The position numbers and the translations under genes were made by a program. Below, piece by piece: positions 42,795 to 52,062 of a stretch of 64,000 bases of DNA. Position 1 is the stretch's first letter; each line of letters starts with the position of its first letter. The notes beneath the pieces are model-generated. The model did not search any database. It was not told where the DNA came from and saw nothing but the letters and a program-made list of their open reading frames with translations. The DNA lies in the NCBI GenBank assembly GCA_963843845.1, contig CAWJMB010000005.1:64001-128000 (forward strand), read 5' to 3'. Source of the stretch: an uncultured Gemmatimonadaceae bacterium. GTDB lineage: Bacteria; Gemmatimonadota; Gemmatimonadetes; Gemmatimonadales; Gemmatimonadaceae.

Positions 42795-45499
42795 TCAGGT
42801 CGCCGCGGGAGCGCCGCTCTGCTGGATCAGCTTCGCGACGAGCGCCGTCCACCCGGTCTGGTGCGACGCGCCGAGCCCGCCGCCGTGGTCGCCGTGGAAG
42901 TACTCGTGGAACGGCACGAGGTCGCGCCACAGCGGGTCGTCGTCGAAGCGGGCCACCCCGCCGAACGCCGCGCGCCGTCCGTCGTGCCGCACGAACAGAC
43001 GGATGAGCCGCCGGGACAGCTCGACCGACACCTCCCACAACGTCAGCAACTGTCCCGACCCGACCGGATGCTCGACCGTGAACTCGGCGCCGTAGTACCA
43101 GTCGAACCGCTGCAGCGATTCGATGATGAGATAGTTGAGCGGAAACCAGACCGGCCCGCGCCAGTTCGAGTTGCCGCCGAACAGCCCCGACCGGGACTCC
43201 CCCGGCTCGTAGCCGACCTCGGCGCCGTCGATCCCGTCCACACGCAGGCGGAACGGGTGTGCGGCGTGCCAGCGCGACACCGAGCGCAGCCCGTAGGGCG
43301 AGAGGAACTCGGATTCGTTCAGCATCCGCGACAGGATCGCGCGCAGCCGCCCCGCGCTGACGAGCGCGAACAGGTGGCGGTCGTCGGCGCCGGTGCGCGT
43401 GACCGACGCCGCGTCGCCGACGAGGTCGGCGCGGTGGCGGAGGAACCAGACGAGCCGCTCGCGGAAGCCGGGCAGCCGCGCGAGCAGCTCGTGATCCATC
43501 GTCTCGACGGCGAGCAGCGGGATCAGCCCGACCATCGACCGCACGCGGATGTACGTGTCGGTGCCGTCGGGGAGGCGCAGCAGATCGTAGTAGAACGCGT
43601 CCTCGTTGTCCCACAGATCTTCGGTGGGATCGCCCGTCATCGAGGGGTGGTCGTTCATCGCGTGGGCGATGTAGAAGAAATGCTCGAGGAACTTCGTCGC
43701 CACGTCCTCGTACGCGGCGTCGTGGCGCGCCAGCTCGAGCGCGATCGCGAGCATGTTCAGGCAGTACATCGCCATCCAGCTCGTCCCGTCGCTCTGGTCG
43801 AGCCGCGCGCCGCTCGGCAACGCCTCGCTGCGGTTGAACACGCCGATGTTGTCGAGCCCGAGGAAGCCGCCCTGGAAGACGTTGCGGCCGTCGGCGTCCT
43901 TGCGGTTCACCCACCAGGTGAAGTTGATCAGCAGCTTGTGAAAGACGCGCGCGAGGAACGCGACGTCCCCCGCCTCGCTCGCGCTCCTGCCCGACGCCTT
44001 GCGCTCGATCTGGTAGACGCGCATCGCCGCCCACGCGTGCACCGGCGGGTTGACGTCGCCGAACGCCCACTCGTAGGCCGGCAGCTGTCCGCTCGGGTGC
44101 ATGTACCACTCGCGCAGCAGCAGTACGAGCTGATCCTTCGCGAACTGTCGGGTCGATCAGCGCCAGCGGGAGGGCGTGGAACGCGAGGTCCCACGCCGCG
44201 TACCACGGATACTCCCACTTGTCCGGCATCGAGATGACGTCGTGGTTGTGCAACTGCGTCCACTGCCGGTTGCGCCCGAGCCATCGCGACGGAGGCGGGA
44301 CCGGCTGGCCAGGATCGCCCGCCAGCCAGCGCCGCACGTCGTAGCGATAGAACTGCTTGCTCCACAGCAGCCCGGCGAACGCCTGCCGCTGCACGAGCCG
44401 CTCGTCGTCCGAGACGTCGTCGGGCGCGAGCGGCCGGTAGAACGCGTCGGCCTCGGCGCGGCGCGATGCGATGAGCGTGTCGAACGCGTCGCCGAACGCC
44501 GAGGCGTGGCTCTCGCTCGTCTCACGCGACAGCCGCAGCCGCACGACGCGCTCACGCTGTGCCGGCACGGTGAGGCGGTAGCGCGCCGCCGCCTTCGTGC
44601 CCACGCGCGCCGGGTTCACCGCGTCGGCGCGCCCGTCGACGACATAGTCGTGGAACGCGTCCTTCGTGTAGCGCGCGCCGTCGGGCGACCCATACAACCG
44701 CGCCGCGTTCGTGTCGTTATCGGTGAACAGCAGCTCCGGCGCGTCGCCGCCGAACGGCTCACACGTCAGCCGGTACCTGCCTAACGTCTCGTGCTCGGCC
44801 AGCAGCTGGGTCGAGCCGTCGTGCGTCTCGAGCGCCGAGAGCGACGGGCGATCGCCGGGGAGCCCCCACGACCACGTGTTGCGGAACCAGAGCGTCGGCA
44901 GCACGTCGAGCGGCGCGGCGTCGGGGCCGCGGTTCGCGATCGTGAGGCGGATCAGCAGATCGGTCGGCGACGCCTTCGCGTACTCGACCGTCACGTCGAA
45001 GTAGCGGTCGTCGTCGAAGACCCCGGTGTCGATCAGCTCGAACTCCGGGTCGTCCCGACCGCGCCGCGCGTTCTCCGCGACGAGCCGCTCGTACGGGAAC
45101 GCGCGCTGCGGATACTTGTAGAGCGCCCGCATGTAGGCGTGCGACGGCACGTTGTCGAGGAAGAACCAGTAGTCCTTCGACGTCCTCGCCGTGATTCCCC
45201 TCGTGCCCCGTGAGGCCGAACGGGCGCTCCTTCAGGATCGGGTCGGCGCCGTTCCACAGCGCGAGCGCGAAGCAGAGGCGCTGGTCCTCGTCGCAGACGC
45301 CGAACAGGCCGTCCTCGTTCCACCGGTAGGCGCGACTCCGCGCGTGGTCGTGCGGGAAGTACCGCCAGGCGTCGCCGGTCGCGCTGTAGTCCTCGCGTAC
45401 GGTGCCCCAGGCGCGCGCGGCGACGTAGGGCCCCCAGAGGCGCCAGCGCGCGCCGTCGGCGGTCGCGGCATCCAGACGACTCCGCTCGACGTCACCCAC
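42795..45499 (-). CDS. GH63 / MGH1-like glycoside hydrolase (frameshifts near 45180 and 44145)
   Basis: [66 protein letters not shown]. Confidence 0.9.
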
Positions 45500-45519
45500 G
45501 GGCGGTCGAGCCGAGTCGC

Positions 45520-46842
45520 TCAGGACGGCATGTCGCCGAGCACGTCGCCGAGCACGCCGACGAGCTCGTCGATCTGCTCGCGCTCGATGATCAGCGGCGG
45601 CGACAGCGCGATCGTATCGGCGGTCACGCGGATCAGCACTCCGCGCTCGAAGCACCGCACGAACGCGTCGAACGCGCGCGCGCCCGGCGCGCCGCTCCGC
45701 GGCTCCAGCTCGATCCCCGCGACGAGGCCGAGGTTGCGCACGTCGATCACGTCGGGCGCGGAGCGCAGCGTGTGCACGGCCTCCTCCCAGTACGGCGCGA
45801 GCGACGCCGCGCGCTCGAACAGCCCCTCGGCCGCGTAGAGGTCGAGCGTCGCGAGGCCCGCCGCGCAGGCGAGCGGGTGCCCCGAGTACGTGTAGCCGTG
45901 AAAGAGCTCGATGCCGGCCGGCGTCGCGTCGATCACCGCGTCGTGGACCGCGCGCCGCACGCCGACGGCGCCCATCGGCACCGCGCCGTTCGTGAGCCCC
46001 TTCGCCATCGTGAGCAGGTCGGGGAGCACGCCGAAGAAGTTCGCGGCGAAGGCCGCCCCGACGCGCCCGAAGCCGGTGATCACCTCGTCGAAGATGAGCA
46101 GGATGCCGTGGCGGTCGCAGATCGCGCGCAGCCGCTCCAGGTAGCCGACGGGCGGCACGAGCACGCCCGTCGACCCCGCCATCGGCTCGACGATGACGGC
46201 CGCGATCGTCTCGGCGCCGTACTGCGCGACTGCGTGCTCGAGATCGTCGGCGAGCTCCGCGCCCAGCGCCGGCTGGCCGCGCGAGAACGCGTTCCGCGCG
46301 ATGTCGTGCGTGTGCCGGATGTGATCGACCGCGGGGAGGAGCTGCGCCGCGAACGCCCGGCTGTTGTTCTGGATGCCGCCGACCGAGATCCCGCCGAACC
46401 CGACGCCGTGATAGCCGCGCTCGCGGCCGATGAAGCGGACGCGCGACGGCTCACCGCGCGCGCGGTGATAGGCGAGCGCGATCTTGAGCGCCGTGTCGAC
46501 CGCCTCCGATCCCGAGTTCGTGAAGAACACGCGGTCGAGGTCGCCGGGCATCAGCTCCGCGATCCGGTCCGCGAGCTCGAACGCCGTCGGGTGCCCCATC
46601 TGGAAGCCCGGCGCGTAGTCGAGCGTCGCCGCCGACGCCCCGATCGCCTCGGCGATCGGAGCGCGACAGTGTCCGGCGTTCACGCACCAGAGGCCGGCCG
46701 TGCCGTCGAGGACCGAGCGGCCATCGACGTCGGTGTAGTACATCCCCTTCGCGCCGGCGAGCAGCCGCGGCGCGCGCTTGAAGGCACGGTTCGCGGTGAA
46801 CGGCATCCAGTGCGCGTCGAGCGTTGTCGCCACGGAAGTCAT
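45520..46842 (-). CDS. Class III omega-amino acid (beta-alanine):pyruvate aminotransferase
   Basis: [61 protein letters not shown]. Confidence 0.93.
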   Translation of the reverse strand: MTSVATTLDAHWMPFTANRAFKRAPRLLAGAKGMYYTDVDGRSVLDGTAGLWCVNAGHCRAPIAEAIGASAATLDYAPGFQMGHPTAFELADRIAELMPGDLDRVFFTNSGSEAVDTALKIALAYHRARGEPSRVRFIGRERGYHGVGFGGISVGGIQNNSRAFAAQLLPAVDHIRHTHDIARNAFSRGQPALGAELADDLEHAVAQYGAETIAAVIVEPMAGSTGVLVPPVGYLERLRAICDRHGILLIFDEVITGFGRVGAAFAANFFGVLPDLLTMAKGLTNGAVPMGAVGVRRAVHDAVIDATPAGIELFHGYTYSGHPLACAAGLATLDLYAAEGLFERAASLAPYWEEAVHTLRSAPDVIDVRNLGLVAGIELEPRSGAPGARAFDAFVRCFERGVLIRVTADTIALSPPLIIEREQIDELVGVLGDVLGDMPS

Positions 46843-46853
46843 CGATCGTCTCC

Positions 46854-48359
46854 TCAGGACATCCAGTTGGTGCCGGCGTCGCGGTTCCACTTCGTCGTGA
46901 TCTTGCGGGTGCGCGTCCAGAACTCGATCGACGCCGGTCCGGTGATCTCACCGGTGCCGTAGGCCGAGTCGCCCCAGCCGCCGAAGCCGAACGGCTCGCG
47001 CGGCACCGGGACGCCGACGTTCACGCCGATCATCCCCGCCGTCGCCCGCTCGGCGACGTAGCGCGCCGACGCGCCCTTCTCGGTGAACACCGCGGCCGCG
47101 TTGCCGTACGGCGAGCGGTTCTCCACGGCCAGCGCGTCGTCGAGCGCGCGCGTGCGCACGATGGCGAGCACGGGACCGAACACTTCGTCCTGCGCGATGC
47201 GCATGTCCGGCGTGACGCCGTCGATGACCGTCGCGCCGACGTAGTAGCCGTCCTCCTGCCCCGGCACCACCGCGTTGCGCCCGTCGACGAGCACGCGGGC
47301 GCCCGCCGCTTCGGCCTCGTCGATGTAGCGTTCGATGCGCGCCTTCGCCGCGGCGGAGATGACCGGGCCGATGTCGCGCCCCGGCACGAGCGCGCGCGCG
47401 TGCGCCGCGACCCCGTCGACGATCCCGTTCATCACCTCGTCGCTGCCCACGGCGAGCATCACCGACGCCGCCATGCACCGCTGTCCCGAGCACCCGGACA
47501 TCGACGCCGAGATGTTGCTCGTCGTCATCTCGGGCTCCGCGTCGGGCAGCACGATGAGATGGTTCTTCGCGCCGCCGAGGCAGAGTGCGCGCTTGAGGTT
47601 CGCCGTCGCGCGGCGGTAGACCGCCTGGGCGCCGCGCGTCGACCCGACGAACGTGACCGCGGCGACGTCGGGGTGATCGCAGATCGCCTCCGCCGTCTCG
47701 CGCCCGCCGTGCACGACGTTGAACGCGCCGGCCGGCAGCCCCGCCTCCGCCAGCAGCTCGGCGATCCGCATCGCGGAGAGCGGCACCATCTCCGACGGCT
47801 TCAGGATCATCGTGTTGCCGAGCGCGAGCGCGTTCGGGATGCTCCAGTGCGGCACCATGCTCGGGAAGTTGAACGGCACGATCGACGCGACGACGCCGAC
47901 CGGCGTGCGCTCGGTGCGGCACTCGACGCCGCGGCTCACCTCGAGCACGGCGCCGGTCGCGATCTGCGGCAGCGAGCAGGCGAACTCGGTCAGCTCGATC
48001 GCCTTGAGCCACTCCGCCCGCGCCTCCGCCATCACCTTGCCGTGCTCCTCGACGATGAGCGCGCTCAGCTCGTCGAGGTGTCGCTCGATGAGGGTGCGGT
48101 AGCGATAGAAGACCTGTACCCGCTCCTTGATCGGCAGCGCGCTCCACGCCGGGAGCGCGGCGCGCGCCGCCCGCACCGCCGCGTCGACCTCGGCGTGCCC
48201 GGACATCGGGACGCGCGCGATGACGGCCCCGGTCGCCGGCGCGTGCACGTCGACGCCGTCGCCCGGGACGTCGACGAGCGTGCCGCCGACGACGTTCTGC
48301 AGCGTGCCGTAGCGCGCCACGTGGGGCGCGGGGGAGGGGGGAGTTGCGATCGCAGTCAT
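46854..48359 (-). CDS. mmsA: CoA-acylating (methyl)malonate-semialdehyde dehydrogenase
   Basis: PFNFP, LKPSE, FVGST, GGAKNH, GQRCMA, EVFGPV, GVNVGVPVPREPFGFGGW. Confidence 0.93.
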   Translation of the reverse strand: MTAIATPPSPAPHVARYGTLQNVVGGTLVDVPGDGVDVHAPATGAVIARVPMSGHAEVDAAVRAARAALPAWSALPIKERVQVFYRYRTLIERHLDELSALIVEEHGKVMAEARAEWLKAIELTEFACSLPQIATGAVLEVSRGVECRTERTPVGVVASIVPFNFPSMVPHWSIPNALALGNTMILKPSEMVPLSAMRIAELLAEAGLPAGAFNVVHGGRETAEAICDHPDVAAVTFVGSTRGAQAVYRRATANLKRALCLGGAKNHLIVLPDAEPEMTTSNISASMSGCSGQRCMAASVMLAVGSDEVMNGIVDGVAAHARALVPGRDIGPVISAAAKARIERYIDEAEAAGARVLVDGRNAVVPGQEDGYYVGATVIDGVTPDMRIAQDEVFGPVLAIVRTRALDDALAVENRSPYGNAAAVFTEKGASARYVAERATAGMIGVNVGVPVPREPFGFGGWGDSAYGTGEITGPASIEFWTRTRKITTKWNRDAGTNWMS

Positions 48360-48374
48360 GGAGGTATGCTCAGC

Positions 48375-49427
48375 TCACCGTGTGGCGTACGACGTCGTCC
48401 GGCCCGTGCGGCCGTTCGTGATCGTGAACGAGCCGTCGCGCCGGGCCGACAGCTTGATCCACGCGCTCGTGGTCGTGTCGACGTTCGCAATCTGCGCGTC
48501 CGGCACGTTGTCCGCTCCCGGATTCTCTGTCCGGTGCAACTGCCAGCCGGCGATCCCGAACGTTCGGAGCGTCGCGAAGGTGGCGGCCTGCGCGCCCTTG
48601 CGCACCCCGTTGCTGAACACCGCCACGCGCGGCGCCACCGCCGCGAACAGCGACGGGTCCGAGCCGTCCTCGCCGCCGTGGTGCGCGATCGCGTAGACGT
48701 CCGCACGGCCGAGCAGGTTGGCGGGGCAGACCAGCGCGTAGAGCGGCGCGCCGCTCAGGTCGCCGGCGTCCAGATAGCGGAACGCACCGTACTGCAGGAG
48801 CACGGCCGTCGACAGCGGATTCTCCGTCGTCTCCTGCGCCGGCACGCCGCCGGTCGTGCACGCGGGGTTCGCCGCGCCGCCGCCGGCGAGCGCCTTCGTG
48901 AGCACGACGCCGTCGCTCGCCACCACGTCGATGGTCACGTCGCCGACCGCCATGCGGTCACCGGCCTTCGCGGTGCGGTGCTTCGCCTTCGCGCGGAGCG
49001 CGGCGTACGCGTCGTACAACGCGAGCGTCCCCGGCACGCGCGCCTCCGCCTCCGCGCTCGGCTTCGCGTGGTCGATGTACTCGGCGATCGGGATGAGGTG
49101 CGCGAGCTCCATCACGCCGCCGAAGTGGTCGGCGTGATAGTGCGAGACGAGCAGATGATCGATCCGCGAGAGCCCCGCGTCGCGCGCCGCGCGCAGAATG
49201 CGCCCGGCGTCGCGCGCCCGCGCGGGATCACCCGGCGTCGAGTTGAACGTGCCGTCACCGGGAAAGCCTGCGTCGATGAGGAACGACTCGCGCGCCGGCG
49301 TGACGACGAGCGTCGCCTTGCCGCCCTCGACGTCGATGAAGTAGATGTCGAGCGTGTCCGCCGCGCCGGAGGGAGCCGCGGCGGTGCCGAATGCGACGGC
49401 GGCCGCGCCGATCAGACACCGTCGCAC
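48375..49427 (-). CDS. Exported metallo-beta-lactamase-fold hydrolase (ComEC/Pce-like)
   Basis: Signal peptide; YFIDVEGG, LIDAG, SHYHADHFGG, DAGDL, AHHG. Confidence 0.88.
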   Translation of the reverse strand: MRRCLIGAAAVAFGTAAAPSGAADTLDIYFIDVEGGKATLVVTPARESFLIDAGFPGDGTFNSTPGDPARARDAGRILRAARDAGLSRIDHLLVSHYHADHFGGVMELAHLIPIAEYIDHAKPSAEAEARVPGTLALYDAYAALRAKAKHRTAKAGDRMAVGDVTIDVVASDGVVLTKALAGGGAANPACTTGGVPAQETTENPLSTAVLLQYGAFRYLDAGDLSGAPLYALVCPANLLGRADVYAIAHHGGEDGSDPSLFAAVAPRVAVFSNGVRKGAQAATFATLRTFGIAGWQLHRTENPGADNVPDAQIANVDTTTSAWIKLSARRDGSFTITNGRTGRTTSYATR

Positions 49428-49428
49428 G

Positions 49429-50586
49429 TCAGCGACCCGTGCGCCGTACGCAGGCGCTCTTGTACTGCTCGCAGTAGCCGAGCCGGCTCGTCCCGACCTG
49501 CTTCGACTCGACGACGGCGTGGATCACGGCGCGCCCCAACACGTCGGCGGCGGCGTTGAAGATCGCCTGCAGGTCGGTGTTGTCGAGCGAGCGCGGCGGC
49601 ATCGTCGTCGCCATGCCGAACACCGTGTCGCCGTCGCCGATGCCGTGGATCGGGCGGATCGTCCGCGCGAGCCCCGCATTCGCGATCGTCGCCATGCGCT
49701 CGGCGTCGAGGTCCTCGAGTGGGGCGTCCGTCGCCACGATCGCGATCGTCGTGTTCGTCGGCGCGTTGTCCGAGCCGTCGCTGGGGCCACCGCGCCCGGC
49801 CGCCGCGCTCTGGCACTCCGCCTTCGACGGCTGCACGAGGTCGAACTCGTTCGCGAGCTCCAGATACAGCCCCAGCGGCAGGCACGTCTGCGGGTCGACC
49901 GGCGAGCCGGCCGGGTTGAGGCCGACGAGCGCGGCCACGGTGTACCCGTTCGACAGCTTCACGCTCGCCGTTCCCATCCCCCACCCGGCGCCCATGCCGA
50001 CGCCGACGCGGCCGCTCTTCACCGGATCGCTCGTCGCCGCGTCCGCGGCGCGGTAGCCGAAGCCGGCGTCCGGCCGCCGCTTGAAATCGCCGCCGCGCCC
50101 GAGGTCCATCAGGATCGCCGACGGCACGATCGGCACGACGCCCGCCGAGCCGATCGGCACGCCGAACTTGTGCTCCTCCATCCAGTGCATCACGCCGCTC
50201 GCGGCGTCGAGGCCGTACGCGCTGCCGCCGCTCAGGACGATCGCGTGCACGGCGCGCACGAATCCGCCGGGCTTGAGCAGGTCGGTCTCCCGCGTGCCCG
50301 GCGCGCCACCCATCTGCGAGTAGCCGGCGGTCGCGCCGGCTTCGGTCCGGATCACCGTCGTGCCGCTCCGGTAGCCGCTGTCCGTGCGCGCGTAGCTCCC
50401 GACCTTGAGGTTCGAGACGTCGGCGATCGAGTTCGACGGGCCGGGGCCGACGACCGTGACGCGCCGCATCGGCTGCGGCGGCTGTGCGCCCGACGACGCG
50501 GCGAACGCCGACAGCGAGAGGGCGAGCGAGAGCGCCGACGCGGCGGCGCCGGCCGCCGGCCCGCGGGCCATCAGTTGCAACGACAT
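49429..50586 (-). CDS. Exported P1/S58 (DmpA-fold) autoproteolytic amidohydrolase, Asn-Thr type
   Basis: GGAPGTRETDLL, IVLSGGSAYGL, VPIVP, NTTIAIVATDA, DGDTVF. Confidence 0.9.
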   Translation of the reverse strand: MSLQLMARGPAAGAAASALSLALSLSAFAASSGAQPPQPMRRVTVVGPGPSNSIADVSNLKVGSYARTDSGYRSGTTVIRTEAGATAGYSQMGGAPGTRETDLLKPGGFVRAVHAIVLSGGSAYGLDAASGVMHWMEEHKFGVPIGSAGVVPIVPSAILMDLGRGGDFKRRPDAGFGYRAADAATSDPVKSGRVGVGMGAGWGMGTASVKLSNGYTVAALVGLNPAGSPVDPQTCLPLGLYLELANEFDLVQPSKAECQSAAAGRGGPSDGSDNAPTNTTIAIVATDAPLEDLDAERMATIANAGLARTIRPIHGIGDGDTVFGMATTMPPRSLDNTDLQAIFNAAADVLGRAVIHAVVESKQVGTSRLGYCEQYKSACVRRTGR

Positions 50587-50602
50587 GGAGATCTCTCGCG
50601 CG

Positions 50603-52060
50603 TCAGTGGAAGGGAAGAACCGCGGTCGACGCCTTGTTCTGCACGAGCACCCGGTTCATGTCGTATGCGATCACGGCCGTCTTCGCCGCCTGGTTGTACG
50701 TGAACGCGTCCATCCCGAAGCCGTTCGGGATGAACGACGGCACCTGCGCCTGCACGTACGGGGCGCCGTCCGACGTGTTCGGGTTCGCGAGGACTTCCGT
50801 CCGGGCGACCGGGAAGCGGATGCCGAGGTCCGCCATGCGCCGCCCCTCGGCGAGGAAGATCTCCTGGCGCATCAGGTACACCACGTAGAGCCCGTCGTCG
50901 ACCGTCGTGATCGCGTCGATGCGCTCCGGCGTCACCGACGTGCCGGAGACGGTCGGCACCGTGATGTTCCCCGCCGTCCGCGTGAGCACGAGCCCCGCAC
51001 GGAGCGTATCGGTCGGCGAGAACGCGACGCGGACGTCCGACGCGTTCGGATAGACGACCTTGCCGCCGGCCCGCCCGCGGAGCTGCACGCGGTTGTCGAC
51101 CACCTCGGTCGCGCGCGACCGCACGAGCGTCAGCAGCGATCGCAGCCGGTCCTTCGCCCCCGCGACGTTGTTGTCCGACAGCAGCGCCTCGGCGAGGATG
51201 AGATGCGCCTCCTCGGCCTTGAACACGGCGATCGGGCTCTGCACGGTGGCGCCGCGATTCGGGAACTTCGGGTCGAGGAAGTCGAGGCGCGGCAGGGGCT
51301 GCAGGTTGTTGACCGCCGCCGTGAGCACCGTCTGCATCGCGTTGACCGGACCGTTCACCGCGTCGAACGTGGCGTTGCGGATGAACGTCGGGTTCGCGGC
51401 CAGCAGCGCCGTCGCCTCGGTCACCGCGCTCGCCTTGTTGCCGAGTCGGTAGTACGCGCGGGCGAGCGCCAGCGTGTAGCTGTTCCGCGCCGCCGCGTCG
51501 GTCGAGAGCGTGCGCGCCTGGGTGAAGTCGGTGATCGACGCCTGCAGCAGCTCCTGCCACGTCACGACGGCGCCGTTCGTCGTCGCCGGGAGCCCGACGA
51601 ACGTCTCGCCGGCGAACAGGTTCGCCATGCCGCGAAGGAACCGGCTCTCCGCGCGGTCGTTCGCCGTGACGAGCGAGTCGCGCGGAAACACCGTGTCCAG
51701 TCCGAAGGTCGCGACGTTCCGGAGCCGCGCGATGCTGTTCTGGATCGACGTCACCTCCGGGTCGAGATAGGTGATGTCGGGCGTGTCGAATTTCTGGTTG
51801 TTCGTCGTGTAGTTGTTGAAGTAGTTGTCGGACGCGATCTCGCTGTTCAGGACGACCGCGTTCAGCGTGACGAGGTACTCGCGCTGCGCGCCGCGCAGCC
51901 ACGCCGCGCCCGCGCCCGGCGTGCCGAGGAACTGCGCGTCGGTGACGTTGGGGTTCACGACGTCGGTCGGCTTGAAGGCGTCGCACCCCGTCACGAGGCC
52001 GCCTGCCACGAGCACGACCGCCGCGGCGCCGGCGGCAGAGAGTCTGGATGTGCCGCGCAT
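50603..52060 (-). CDS. SusD-like lipoprotein
   Basis: Lipobox VTGC; EAHLILAEA, RQEIFLAEGRR; 2 nt downstream of the TonB-dependent receptor. Confidence 0.85.
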   Translation of the reverse strand: MRGTSRLSAAGAAAVVLVAGGLVTGCDAFKPTDVVNPNVTDAQFLGTPGAGAAWLRGAQREYLVTLNAVVLNSEIASDNYFNNYTTNNQKFDTPDITYLDPEVTSIQNSIARLRNVATFGLDTVFPRDSLVTANDRAESRFLRGMANLFAGETFVGLPATTNGAVVTWQELLQASITDFTQARTLSTDAAARNSYTLALARAYYRLGNKASAVTEATALLAANPTFIRNATFDAVNGPVNAMQTVLTAAVNNLQPLPRLDFLDPKFPNRGATVQSPIAVFKAEEAHLILAEALLSDNNVAGAKDRLRSLLTLVRSRATEVVDNRVQLRGRAGGKVVYPNASDVRVAFSPTDTLRAGLVLTRTAGNITVPTVSGTSVTPERIDAITTVDDGLYVVYLMRQEIFLAEGRRMADLGIRFPVARTEVLANPNTSDGAPYVQAQVPSFIPNGFGMDAFTYNQAAKTAVIAYDMNRVLVQNKASTAVLPFH

Positions 52061-52062
52061 GA

